In this document: in pieces, positions 1-8,639 of the stretch | Layout of the letters: each line of letters begins with the position of its first letter | Position numbering within the stretch: the stretch's first letter is position 1 | DNA from: Acetobacteraceae bacterium | GTDB lineage: Bacteria > Pseudomonadota > Alphaproteobacteria > Acetobacterales > Acetobacteraceae | Assembly: GCA_965276665.1 (NCBI GenBank) | Contig: OZ255620.1 | Location: 2,726,291 to 2,790,290, forward strand | DNA: 64,000 nucleotides | Direction: 5' to 3' | The notes under the pieces: generated by a model | What the model was told of the DNA's origin: nothing | Seen by the model: only the letters and a program-made list of their open reading frames with translations | The model's database searches: none | Made by a program: the position numbers and the translations under genes

Positions 1-375
1 CTGGTGCGCCTCAACCACAAGGGACAGGCGCGGCTCTATACGGGCGAGGTGGCGCTGCATCCCGGGATCACGCTGCATCCGGCGCCCGGCCATTCCGCCG
101 GCCTGCAATTCGTGCGCGTCACCACGCGGCGCGGACCGGTGGTGCTCGCCTCCGACGCCTCGCATTTCTACGAGACGATGGAGACCGGACGGCCCTTCCC
201 CATCCTGGTCAGCATGCCCGACACGCTGGAGAGCTATGAGCGCCTCTTCGCCGCCGCGCCGTCGGTCGCGCATATCGTGCCGGGGCACGACCCGCTGGTG
301 ATGGCGCGCTATCCGGCCCCGAGCCCCGACCTGCAGGGGATCGCCGTCCGGCTGGACGTGCCGCCGAACGCCTGA
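1..375 (+). CDS. MBL-fold metallo-hydrolase (N-acyl homoserine lactonase-like), C-terminal part; 5' end cut by window edge
   Basis: ORF 4..375; HPAPGHSAG and IVPGHDP motifs typical of metallo-beta-lactamase-fold lactonases. Confidence 0.7.
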   Translation: MVRLNHKGQARLYTGEVALHPGITLHPAPGHSAGLQFVRVTTRRGPVVLASDASHFYETMETGRPFPILVSMPDTLESYERLFAAAPSVAHIVPGHDPLVMARYPAPSPDLQGIAVRLDVPPNA

Positions 376-456
376 GGCTGTCAAGAAACGCGGTCTGGCG
401 GACATCCGACGCGCTTTTCCGACGCTCCGGTGCTCACGGCCGGCAAGGCCGCTCCG
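376..456. repeat. Truncated copy of MITE-like repeat family B (left arm only)
   Basis: ggctgtcaagaaacgcggtctggcgg...ctcacggccggcaaggccgctccg aligns with the full copies at 20554 and 24213; begins right after a stop codon, as at 20554. Confidence 0.6.
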
Positions 457-1427
457 TGGAGGGCTGGATGGTCGTTGCGCTCTGGCCGCTGGCGTTCTGT
501 GGGGGTGTTGCGCTCATCGTTTGGGGTGCAGAGGCGTTCGCCGAGCATCTCGGCAGGGCTTCGGTGCGGCTCGGCGTCAGCACCTTTGCGCTCGCGCTCC
601 TGCTGGCTGGGGCGGAGCCCGAGGAGCTTACGACGGCAGTGGTCGCCGCGCTCCGCGGATCGCCAGGAATCGCGCTCGGCGATATCGTGGGCGCGAACGT
701 CGCAATCTGCCTCGTCGCGCTCGGCGTCGGCGCATGGATATCGCCATTGCCGTTCCGGGGCGGGATCATGCGCTACGCCCTGCTCGGACTTCCGCTCGGC
801 GCCTTGAGCGCGTGGTTCGCCTGGGACGGCAGGGTCGGTCGGATAGAGGGCGCGATACTGGTCGCCCTCTACGTCGTCTACGTTGGCGCGATCTGGACAA
901 CGGAACGCAAACTGCCCGCGCTCGGCGAGGTGGGCGAGCTGGCCGAGGCAAGGGAGGCTGCGGCGTCCGGGCACCCGTCACGGATCGGGCGCGATTTGGC
1001 GTTCGTGCTGGCGGGAGTCGTGGCCATGGCCGGGGGCGCCACGCTGTTGGTCGAGGCGGTCCAAAGAATCAGCGGCGTGGAGGCGACACAGACGCGGATG
1101 GGCCTGACCTTGGTCGGGTTCGCGACGGGTTTCGAGCTGGTGGTGCTGGCCTGGTCGGCGGCCCGGCGCGGCATTTCCGAGGCGGCGGTGGCGGGCGTCG
1201 TGGGTTCCTTCGCCTATAACGCGACGATGACACTCGGAGCCGGCGCACTCGCCCGTCCGCTCGTGCTGACCGACGCGGCGGTGCTGCATGTCCCGTTCCT
1301 GCTCATGCTCGGGTCGCTGGCAATCCTCATCCTCTTGGCCAGCCGTCGAGGCCAGCTCGGGCGCGCGGAAGGCGGCTTGTTGCTCGCGCTCTATCCCGTG
1401 TTCGTGGCGCTGATTCTGTTCAGTTGA
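456..1427 (+). CDS. Na+/Ca2+ exchanger family (CaCA) membrane protein
   Basis: 323 aa, multi-TM, GAEPEELTTAV and GDIVGANV alpha-repeat motifs; GTG at 456, alternative ATG at 468. Confidence 0.85.
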   Translation: MEGWMVVALWPLAFCGGVALIVWGAEAFAEHLGRASVRLGVSTFALALLLAGAEPEELTTAVVAALRGSPGIALGDIVGANVAICLVALGVGAWISPLPFRGGIMRYALLGLPLGALSAWFAWDGRVGRIEGAILVALYVVYVGAIWTTERKLPALGEVGELAEAREAAASGHPSRIGRDLAFVLAGVVAMAGGATLLVEAVQRISGVEATQTRMGLTLVGFATGFELVVLAWSAARRGISEAAVAGVVGSFAYNATMTLGAGALARPLVLTDAAVLHVPFLLMLGSLAILILLASRRGQLGRAEGGLLLALYPVFVALILFS

Positions 1428-1477
1428 AGGTGCTTGATCTCAGCCGGCCGATCAGAGACGACATGATGCCGCCCCTT

Positions 1478-2215
1478 CTACAGCATTCCCATCGCCCGCA
1501 ATGCCCGCGGCACCACGCCGATCATCGGCGTGCACTCGCGGAGCGCCCCGGCCAGCCCATCCCGCGGCACGATGCGCAGCAGATCGATCTCGCGGTCCGG
1601 CGCCCTGGCATGCGCGGCATGGATCGCCGCCGCATCCAGCCCCGTCTCCATCCGGCAGGCGATGTCGACCACATGCGTCCCCGGATGCTCGACCGCGCAG
1701 ACCGGATGCAAGGACGCGACCTTATCGGCGTCGAGGCCAAGCTCCTCCTCCAGCTCCTGGATCAACGCGGCTTCCAGATCGATCGCATCGCCCTGCACCG
1801 CCGCCACATCGACATTCCCGGCCGGCGGCAGCTGCCAGTAGCCGGGCAGATAGACCGATCCCGCCTCCCGCCGCCCCAGCACCACCCCATCCGCGCAGAG
1901 CAGCGGTCCGCACACCGCCATCGGCCGGATGCGCAGGCGCTCATGCAGGCCGGGCTCGCGCAGCTGCGCCGCCACCCGGCGATACTCGGTCCAGCGGCAG
2001 AACAATCGGTCCGGGGCGATCGTCTCGACGCTCAGCACCCGGCCGTTGAACAGGCTCGGCACCGCAGCCCGCGCCGCCTGCCAGGCGCGTTCCACCTCCG
2101 CCTCCAGGGCGGGCGGCAAATCCTTCATCTCCCCCACAACGCGTGCGACGACACCCGCTGCGAGCGGATACTCGAGCCAGCCCTGCATGATCCGCGCCCT
2201 TCGCTGCCGCAGCAT
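1478..2215 (-). CDS. NUDIX-family hydrolase-like protein
   Basis: 245 aa; NUDIX-box-like segment G..x..ALIQELEEELGL. Confidence 0.65.
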   Translation of the reverse strand: MLRQRRARIMQGWLEYPLAAGVVARVVGEMKDLPPALEAEVERAWQAARAAVPSLFNGRVLSVETIAPDRLFCRWTEYRRVAAQLREPGLHERLRIRPMAVCGPLLCADGVVLGRREAGSVYLPGYWQLPPAGNVDVAAVQGDAIDLEAALIQELEEELGLDADKVASLHPVCAVEHPGTHVVDIACRMETGLDAAAIHAAHARAPDREIDLLRIVPRDGLAGALRECTPMIGVVPRALRAMGML

Positions 2216-2281
2216 GCTCTAGCATCGTTGCCGCGCGGCCGTCCGCGCCGCATCCTGCCGGCCCCTTCGAAAGCGAGGCAC

Positions 2282-2761
2282 ATGAGCCTGGATCATTCTC
2301 ACGACCACGCGCGCTGGCGGGATGACGGCGTACGCGTCATCAAGGGCGACCAGCTCGATGCCAACACCGCCCAGACACCCGGCATGCAGCGCGAGGCCGC
2401 GATCAACGCGGCCCGGGTCGGCGCGCAGAAAATCTGGGCCGGCACGGTCAAGATCGATCCCGACGCCAAAACCGGCGCCCACCATCACGGCGCGCTGGAA
2501 AGCGTGATCTACGTCGTCCGCGGCCGCGCCCGCATGCGCTGGGGGGACCATCTCGAATTCACCGCCGAAGCCGACCCCGGCGACTTCATCTACGTGCCAC
2601 CCTACGTGCCCCACCAGGAAATCAACGCCAGCCCCGACGAAGTTCTGGAATGCGTCCTGGTCCGTAGCGACAACGAAGCTGTCGTCGTCAACCTCGACAT
2701 CGAACCCATCGAAAAACCGGACTCCGTGTACTGGGTCGACCCCATCCACCGTCGGCCGTGA
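2282..2761 (+). CDS. Cupin domain protein
   Basis: ATG at 2282 inside long ORF 1424..2761; GAHHHGALESVIYVV...GDFIYVPPYVPHQE cupin motifs; upstream part of the ORF is Arg/Pro-rich and looks non-coding. Confidence 0.8.
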   Translation: MSLDHSHDHARWRDDGVRVIKGDQLDANTAQTPGMQREAAINAARVGAQKIWAGTVKIDPDAKTGAHHHGALESVIYVVRGRARMRWGDHLEFTAEADPGDFIYVPPYVPHQEINASPDEVLECVLVRSDNEAVVVNLDIEPIEKPDSVYWVDPIHRRP

Positions 2762-2769
2762 AGGAAGAA

Positions 2770-2954
2770 GGCCAGGGGGCTCTCCCCCCTGGACCCCCGC
2801 CAAAGGCCGAGCCTTTGGACTCCATTACGGCTGTTTGGAGAGGGGTGGGCGACGAGGTGATTGCAACCGGTACCTGGCCCACCCCTCTCCAAACAGCCCT
2901 AGAGGGTTCTAAGGGCTGTGCCCTTAGCGGGGTCCAGGGGCAGAGCCCCTGGCC
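2770..2954. repeat. Modular hairpin repeat family A, full copy 1
   Basis: Nearly identical to 7638..7823; built from hairpins ccagggggctctcccccctgg, caaaggccgagcctttg, ctgtttggagaggggtgggc/gcccacccctctccaaacag, ctaagggcNNNgcccttag, ccaggggcagagcccctgg. Confidence 0.85.
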
Positions 2955-3805
2955 TTACCCTCCTCCGGCGGATGGCGTTTGCGCCGTTCGTGCCAGGCGT
3001 CCATCAGTTGGAGGACGGCGGCGGCGGTTTCTTCGATGGAGCGCCGGGTGACGTCCACGACCGGCCAGCCGTGCCGGCCGCAAAAGCGGCGTGCCCAGAG
3101 CAGTTCGGTTCGCACCGCTTCCTCGTCGACGTATTCGGCGTTGTCGTGTCGCATGCGGCCGTCTTCGCCGCCGGCGGCGAGCAGGCGGAGGCGGTGGCGG
3201 CGGATTTCGATCAGCGCGGCGGGTTCGAGGGTGAGGCCGATCACCGGGCAGGTCGGGGTCTCGAGCCCGGGCGGGTCGGGCAGGTTCGGCACCAGCGGCA
3301 CGTTGGCCGCCTTCACCCCGCGATTGGCGAGGTAGAAGGAAGTGGGCGTTTTCGAGCTGCGCGAGACCCCGACCAGGATCACGTCCGCGGCGGCGAGGCC
3401 GAGCTGGGCCTGCCCGTCATCATGGGCGAGGACGTAGTGCATGGCGTCGATGCGGCGGAAGTAATCGGCGTCGAGCACGTATTGCTTGCCGGGACGCGAC
3501 TGCGCCTGCTCGCCGATCTGCTCCTGCAGCAGGGTCAGCACGGGGTCGAGCACGTTCACCACCGAGACGCCGAGCCGGGCGCAGGTGGTTTCCATGTCGC
3601 TGCGCAGCGCCTTGTCCACCACGGTCGAGAGCACGGGGCCGGGTTCCGCCTCGATGCCTTCCAGCACGCGATGGAGCTGGAAGCGCGTCCGGATCAGGCT
3701 CCAACGGTGATAGACGATGGAGACGTGCTCGAACTGCGCCACCGTCGCGCGGGCGATGGAATTCAGCGTCTCCCCGGTCGCGTCGGAGACGAGATGCAGG
3801 TTCAT
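2924..3805 (-). CDS. Pyruvate,phosphate dikinase / PEP synthase regulatory protein (DUF299 kinase-phosphorylase family, RP001-like)
   Basis: [15 protein letters not shown]-terminus and [12 protein letters not shown]-loop; start taken at internal ATG (3805) of ORF 2924..3886; C-terminus runs into repeat A. Confidence 0.9.
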   Translation of the reverse strand: MNLHLVSDATGETLNSIARATVAQFEHVSIVYHRWSLIRTRFQLHRVLEGIEAEPGPVLSTVVDKALRSDMETTCARLGVSVVNVLDPVLTLLQEQIGEQAQSRPGKQYVLDADYFRRIDAMHYVLAHDDGQAQLGLAAADVILVGVSRSSKTPTSFYLANRGVKAANVPLVPNLPDPPGLETPTCPVIGLTLEPAALIEIRRHRLRLLAAGGEDGRMRHDNAEYVDEEAVRTELLWARRFCGRHGWPVVDVTRRSIEETAAAVLQLMDAWHERRKRHPPEEGKARGSAPGPR

Positions 3806-4154
3806 CCGCTGCGTGGCCGACACCGATCCTCCCGCCGCGAGCTCCGCGGATAGCGAGGATAACGGGGATAAGCGGGCAGGATGCAAGCGACGCGCGGATG
3901 CCGCGCCGGACAGCGGGGAGAAATTGGCCGCCGGGCGTGCGGAGGATCATTCGCCTTCTCACCATCCCGGCGCCGGGACAGATCCGAAAGAGCCGGTGTT
4001 TTCGGCGGGTTGCGCGTCTCTTTTCCTGTGGACGCGTTGGGAAGCAGATGATGCGACTCGTGTACCCCGTGTTCCACACCCCCTTCTGCTTCACCTACAG
4101 TTTCTCTTCTCTGACTTTATGGGTAGTGAAGAGGGGCGGCGTTCAGGCGGGTCG
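3806..4154. other. Candidate chromosomal replication origin (oriC) in the divergent DUF299-hemE intergenic region
   Basis: Synteny with Caulobacter/Rickettsia Cori (hemE / RP001 homologue); several 7-of-9 DnaA-box-like sites (cgaggataa, cggggataa, tgttccaca, ggaggatca); locally AT-richer tract 4090-4125. Confidence 0.45.
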
Positions 4155-5180
4155 ATGACGAAACAGGTGCTGCGGGTGCTGGCGGGCGAGGCGCAATGGC
4201 CGCCGCCGGTCTGGCTGATGCGCCAGGCCGGGCGCTACCTGCCGGAATACCGGGCGATCCGCGCCAAAGCCGGCGGCTTCCTCGAGCTCGCGCTCAATCC
4301 GGTGCTCGCCGCCGAGATCACCCTGCAGCCCGTGCGCCGGTTCGGGATGGACGCCGCGATCCTGTTCAGCGACCTGCCGATCCTGCCCTGGGCGCTCGGC
4401 CAGTCGCTCGATTACGTGGAAGGCGAGGGTCCCGTGCTAGCGCCGGTCCGCGACGAGGCCGGGCTCGCGGCCCTCGACGCCGGGATGGTCGCGGGCCGGG
4501 TGGCGCCAGTGGCCGAGACGGTGCGGCGCGTGCGCGCGGAGCTGCCGGAGGATTGCACGCTGATCGGCTTCGCCGGCGCGCCCTGGACGGTCGCCTGCTA
4601 CATGGTGGAGGGCCGCGGCGCGCGCGAATTCCCCGAAACCCGCCGCCTCGCCTATGCCGAGCCCGACCTGTTCGCCCGGCTGATCCGGCTGGTGACGGAG
4701 GCCACGATCACCTACCTGGCCGCGCAGATCGAGGCCGGCGCCGAGGTGGTGATGCTGTTCGACAGCTGGGCCGGGCTGCTGCCGCCGGCCTTGTTCGACC
4801 GCTTCGTCACCGGGCCGGCGGAAGCGATCACCGCCGCCATCCACGAGCGCTATCCCGGCATTCCGGTGATCGGCTTCCCCCGCCTCGCCGGCACCCAGCT
4901 CGGCCGCTACGCGCTCGACAGCGCGGTCGAGGGCGTCGCCATCGACACCGCCGCCGAGCCGGCCATCGCCGCCGCGCTGCTGCCCGAAGGGGTCGCGCTG
5001 CAAGGCAATCTGGACCCGCTGGCGCTGGTCGCCGGCGGCGAGGAAATGCGCGAACAGGCCGAAGACATCGCTCGCGCCCTGCGCGGCCGGCCTCATATCT
5101 TCAACCTCGGCCACGGCATCCTGCCACACACGCCGCCCGAACATGTGGCCGCCCTGCTCGAAATCGTCCGGAATGCTTGA
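4155..5180 (+). CDS. hemE: Uroporphyrinogen decarboxylase
   Basis: PVWLMRQAGRYLPEY signature near the N-terminus; 341 aa. Confidence 0.95.
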   Translation: MTKQVLRVLAGEAQWPPPVWLMRQAGRYLPEYRAIRAKAGGFLELALNPVLAAEITLQPVRRFGMDAAILFSDLPILPWALGQSLDYVEGEGPVLAPVRDEAGLAALDAGMVAGRVAPVAETVRRVRAELPEDCTLIGFAGAPWTVACYMVEGRGAREFPETRRLAYAEPDLFARLIRLVTEATITYLAAQIEAGAEVVMLFDSWAGLLPPALFDRFVTGPAEAITAAIHERYPGIPVIGFPRLAGTQLGRYALDSAVEGVAIDTAAEPAIAAALLPEGVALQGNLDPLALVAGGEEMREQAEDIARALRGRPHIFNLGHGILPHTPPEHVAALLEIVRNA

Positions 5181-5190
5181 AAGGCTGGAA

Positions 5191-5449
5191 GGCCAGGGGC
5201 GCTGCCCCCACGCATCACTTGGGACCCCGATAAGGGTGGTCACCCTTAAAACCCGGAACTTGGCGGTGCGGGACGTCGGCCATGCCGGCTGTAGTTCGGT
5301 GTTCGATGGCGCTTCGCGCGAAGCGCAATCGCCAACCGGAGCTACATCCGGCATCTCCTGGGACCCGCAACTTCACCGCCAGGCGCGAAGCGCAATCCGG
5401 GTTCTAAGGGCTCCGCCCTTAGCGGGGTCCAGGGGCGGAGCCCCGGGCC
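5191..5449. repeat. Repeat family A, composite copy (modules M1, M2, 2x M3, M4)
   Basis: ccaggggcgctgccccc, taagggtggtcacccttaa, two cgcttcgcgcgaagcgcaatc palindromes, terminal gggttctaagggctccgcccttagcggggtccaggggcggagccccgggcc. Confidence 0.7.
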
Positions 5450-5460
5450 TTCCCACCTGA

Positions 5461-6516
5461 ATGCCAAACCAGAAAACAGCCATCGTCCTGTTCAACCTAG
5501 GCGGCCCGGACAGCCCAGCGGCCGTGGCGCCGTTTCTGCGCAACCTGTTCAGCGATCCCGCGATTTTGCGTGTGCCGTTCTTCGTGCGGCCGTTCCTGGC
5601 CCGGCTGATCGCGAAGCGGCGCACCGTGCCGGCGCAGGCGAATTACGCGATCCTCGGGGGCAAATCGCCGCTGCTCGAGCTGACCGTGGCGCAGGGCGAG
5701 GCGCTGCAGGCGGCTCTCGGGGATGCGAAGGTGCGTTGCTTCGTCGCGATGCGGTACTGGCATCCGTTCAGCCCGGAAGCGGTGGCGCAGGTGAAGGCGT
5801 TCCGGCCGGATCGGGTGCTGCTGCTGCCGCTTTATCCGCAATATTCGACCACCACCACCGGCAGCTCGCTCGAGGATTGGCGCGATGCAGCGGCCCGGGC
5901 GGGGCTGGTCGCCGACGTGACCACGCTCTGCTGCTGGTATGACGATCCGGGGTTCGCCGCCGCCACCGCTGCGGGGGTTGCCCGGGCGCTGGTGGAGGCG
6001 CGCGCCGCCTTGCCGCCGGGTGTGCCGCTCCGGGTGCTGTTCTCCGCCCATGGGCTGCCGGAGAGCATCGTGCGGGCAGGCGATCCGTATCAGGGGCAGA
6101 TCGAGGCGACCGTCGCCGCGGTGCTGGCCGTGCTCGGCGAGCCCGGGCTCGACAGCACCATCTGCTACCAGTCCCGCGTCACGCCCGAACCCTGGCTCGC
6201 TCCGTCGACGGATGCCGAGGTCGAGCGTGCCGGCAAGGACCGGACCGCCGTGCTGGTGGTGCCGATCGCCTTCATCTCCGAGCACTCGGAGACGCTCGTC
6301 GAGCTCGATGTCGAGTACCGCCATCTCGCTGAGAAGCACGGCGTGCCGGCCTATTTCCGCGCGCCGGCGCAGAATGACGAGGCGGGGTTCATCGCCGCCC
6401 TGGCCGCGATCGCGCGCGCCGGCCTCGCTCGCGGCCCCGGGCTGTGCAGCGCGGAAGGCGGCCGGCGCTGTCCGGCGGACCGGACCGGCTGTCCGCACCG
6501 GCTCGGCGACGCATGA
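5461..6516 (+). CDS. hemH: Ferrochelatase
   Basis: 351 aa; AIVLFNLGGPDSPAAVAPFLRNLFSDP N-terminus and LLPLYPQYS motif. Confidence 0.95.
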   Translation: MPNQKTAIVLFNLGGPDSPAAVAPFLRNLFSDPAILRVPFFVRPFLARLIAKRRTVPAQANYAILGGKSPLLELTVAQGEALQAALGDAKVRCFVAMRYWHPFSPEAVAQVKAFRPDRVLLLPLYPQYSTTTTGSSLEDWRDAAARAGLVADVTTLCCWYDDPGFAAATAAGVARALVEARAALPPGVPLRVLFSAHGLPESIVRAGDPYQGQIEATVAAVLAVLGEPGLDSTICYQSRVTPEPWLAPSTDAEVERAGKDRTAVLVVPIAFISEHSETLVELDVEYRHLAEKHGVPAYFRAPAQNDEAGFIAALAAIARAGLARGPGLCSAEGGRRCPADRTGCPHRLGDA

Positions 6517-7190
6517 CATCCTCGCGTTTCGACCTCGTCATCTTCGATTGCGACGGCGTGCTCATCGACAGCGAGATGATCGCGAGCCGCGTCGCCGCCG
6601 CGGCGCTGACCGAGATCGGCTGGCCGATGACGCCGGCGGAGGCGATGGGGCATTTCCTCGGGGTCGCCACGATCGACATGGGGCCGATCATTGCCGCCCG
6701 GCTCGGGGCGGTGCCGGAGGGTTTTCTGGCCGCGCTGTCGCGCCGCACCACCGCGGTGCTGGCCGAGGAGGTCGAGGCGGTGCCCGGCGCGCGGGCGGTG
6801 CTGGAAACCCTGAACGCCATGGGCGTGCGCTGGCGCGTCGCCTCCAATTCAGGGCGCGTCCAGCTCGCCGCAAAATTCGCCCGCGCCGGGCTTTCGGAGC
6901 TCGTCGACGGCCGGGTGCACAGCGCGCAGGACGTGATCGCCCTGGGCGGTCGCGGCAAGCCCGCTCCCGACCTGTTTCTCGCAACCGCCGCCGCGGAGGG
7001 CGTTCCATCCGAAACCTGCCTGGTTCTCGAGGATAGCCTGCCCGGCGTGACGGCGGCCGTGGCGGCCGGGATGCACTGCCTCGGCTTCGCCCCGCATGGC
7101 AGCGGCGACGCGCTGCTCGCCGCCGGCGCCGCCGGGCTGATCCGTGATCTCGCGGACCTGCCGCCCCTGGTCAGGGCCCGCGCGGCATGA
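6513..7190 (+). CDS. HAD-superfamily hydrolase (phosphatase, beta-phosphoglucomutase-like subfamily)
   Basis: DLVIFDCDGVLIDSE motif I; ATGA overlap with the hemH stop; start is an internal ATG of ORF 6444..7190. Confidence 0.85.
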   Translation: MTSSRFDLVIFDCDGVLIDSEMIASRVAAAALTEIGWPMTPAEAMGHFLGVATIDMGPIIAARLGAVPEGFLAALSRRTTAVLAEEVEAVPGARAVLETLNAMGVRWRVASNSGRVQLAAKFARAGLSELVDGRVHSAQDVIALGGRGKPAPDLFLATAAAEGVPSETCLVLEDSLPGVTAAVAAGMHCLGFAPHGSGDALLAAGAAGLIRDLADLPPLVRARAA

Positions 7191-7633
7191 GCCTGCTGCT
7201 GCCGCTCTATCCGTGGATCAAGGCGCTGCACATCGCGTCGATGGTGGCCTGGATGGCGGGGATGTTCTACCTCCCCCGCCTTTTCGTCTATCACTGCCAG
7301 ACGAGGTCCGGGACGGCGGAGAGCGAGCGGTTCAAGGTGATGGAACGCCGGCTGCTGAAACAGATCATCACGCCGGCGATGATCGCCACCTGGTGCTTCG
7401 GCATCCTGCTCGTGCTGACACCCGGCATCATCAGCTGGTCGGAAGGCTGGTGGTACGTGAAGCTGGTGTCGGTGATCGCCCTGACCGGCTTCCAAGGCGC
7501 CCTCTCCCGCTGGCGCCGCGACTTCCTGCACGACCGCAACCGCCGCCCGGAAAGATTCTACCGCGCCGCCAACGAGGTCCCCACCATCCTTATGCTCGTC
7601 ATCATCATCATGGTGATCGTGCGGCCGTTTTGA
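7187..7633 (+). CDS. hemJ: Protoporphyrinogen IX oxidase HemJ (CopD-like UPF0093 membrane protein)
   Basis: 148 aa; WIKALHIASMVAWMAGMFYLPRLFVYH motif; 4-nt overlap with the upstream gene. Confidence 0.85.
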   Translation: MSLLLPLYPWIKALHIASMVAWMAGMFYLPRLFVYHCQTRSGTAESERFKVMERRLLKQIITPAMIATWCFGILLVLTPGIISWSEGWWYVKLVSVIALTGFQGALSRWRRDFLHDRNRRPERFYRAANEVPTILMLVIIIMVIVRPF

Positions 7634-7637
7634 GGAA

Positions 7638-7823
7638 GGCCAGGGGGGCTCTGCCCCCTGGACCCCCGCCAAAGGCCGAGCCTTTGGAATCCATTACGGC
7701 TGTTTGGAGAGGGGTGGGCGAGGGAGTGGTTGGGACCACCGCGTTGCCCACCCCTCTCCAAACAGCCCTAGCGGGTTCTAAGGGCTCCGCCCTTAGCGGG
7801 GTCCAGGGGCAGAGCCCCTGGCC
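7638..7823. repeat. Modular hairpin repeat family A, full copy 2
   Basis: Aligns along its whole length with 2770..2954; also lies between convergent gene ends. Confidence 0.85.
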
Positions 7824-8471
7824 TTACTGCGACGCCCAGACGATGCGGTGAACCCAGGCGACTTCGATGAGGTCGAAGCCGCGGTCGGGGTGGGCGGTGT
7901 TGAGGCTGCGGAGTTCGATGCGGCGGGCGGAGCGGCGGGCGAGTTGTTTGGCCATGACTTCGCCTTTGAGGGTTCGCAGCACGACGCGGTCGCCGCGGCG
8001 GATGGGCGCGCCGGGGGCGACGATGACCATGTCGCCGTCGCGGAACACTGGGTCCATGGAGTCGCCGGAGATTTCGAGGGCGTAGGCGTTGGGGTCGCCG
8101 ATTTCCGGCAGGCTGACTTCGTCCCAGCCGCCGCCGACCGGGTAGCCGCCATCATCGAAGAAGCCGTCGCCGCCGGCCTGGGCCATGCCGATCAGGGGAA
8201 TGCGGCGGGTGGATTGCTGGGGCCGGCTGGCGGGCAGGGTTCGCGCGCCGGTGACGAGGGCGGTGAAGTCGTCGAGCGTGGCGCCGGTGGCGGCGAGCAC
8301 CTTGGCAAGGCTTTCGGTGCTGGGCCAGCGGGCACGGCCGTCGGTGGCGCGGCGTTTCGAGGGGTTGAAGGTGGTGGGGTCGAGCCCGGCCAGCCGGGCG
8401 AGCCCGGAGGCGGAGCGCCCGCTTTCGGCGGCCAGGGTGTCGATCGCGCGCCAGATGTCGTCGTGCTTCAT
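7824..8471 (-). CDS. HTH (XRE/CI-type) + S24 peptidase repressor-like protein
   Basis: C-terminal GDSMDP...GDMVIV...K S24 Ser/Lys catalytic region; N-terminal HTH; start taken at MKHDDIW (8471). Confidence 0.85.
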   Translation of the reverse strand: MKHDDIWRAIDTLAAESGRSASGLARLAGLDPTTFNPSKRRATDGRARWPSTESLAKVLAATGATLDDFTALVTGARTLPASRPQQSTRRIPLIGMAQAGGDGFFDDGGYPVGGGWDEVSLPEIGDPNAYALEISGDSMDPVFRDGDMVIVAPGAPIRRGDRVVLRTLKGEVMAKQLARRSARRIELRSLNTAHPDRGFDLIEVAWVHRIVWASQ

Positions 8472-8536
8472 GGGTCCCGGCAAAGCCGATTCGAATCCGA
8501 TCACATCACGAATCGGCGTGCCTGGCCAGGGGTTTA

Positions 8537-8570
8537 GGAATTAACGCCGAAGTTCGTGGGAATTAGCGCC
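8537..8570. promoter_or_regulatory. Direct repeat GGAATTARCGCC x2 (22-nt period), candidate operator in a divergent promoter
   Basis: ggaattaacgcc at 8537 and ggaattagcgcc at 8559, between the S24 repressor-like gene and the 126-aa gene. Confidence 0.35.
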
Positions 8571-8607
8571 TAGAGGATTGCACGCAAACTCAGTCTCCTG
8601 TGTATTT

Positions 8608-8622
8608 GTTCATCCTTTGTTC
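8608..8622 (+). promoter_or_regulatory. Alphaproteobacterial-type SOS (LexA) box GTTC-N7-GTTC
   Basis: tttGTTCatcctttGTTCa; the 8-nt unit TTTGTTCA occurs twice, 18 nt upstream of the ATG at 8640. Confidence 0.55.
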
Positions 8623-8639
8623 ACACCTGGAGACACGCC

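Noticed and set aside
1424-2281. N-terminal 286 codons of the 445-aa ORF 1424..2761
   Set aside because: Arg/Pro/His-rich low-complexity translation, antisense to a convincing NUDIX gene. Only the cupin part from ATG 2282 looks real. This is a typical high-GC open-frame artefact.
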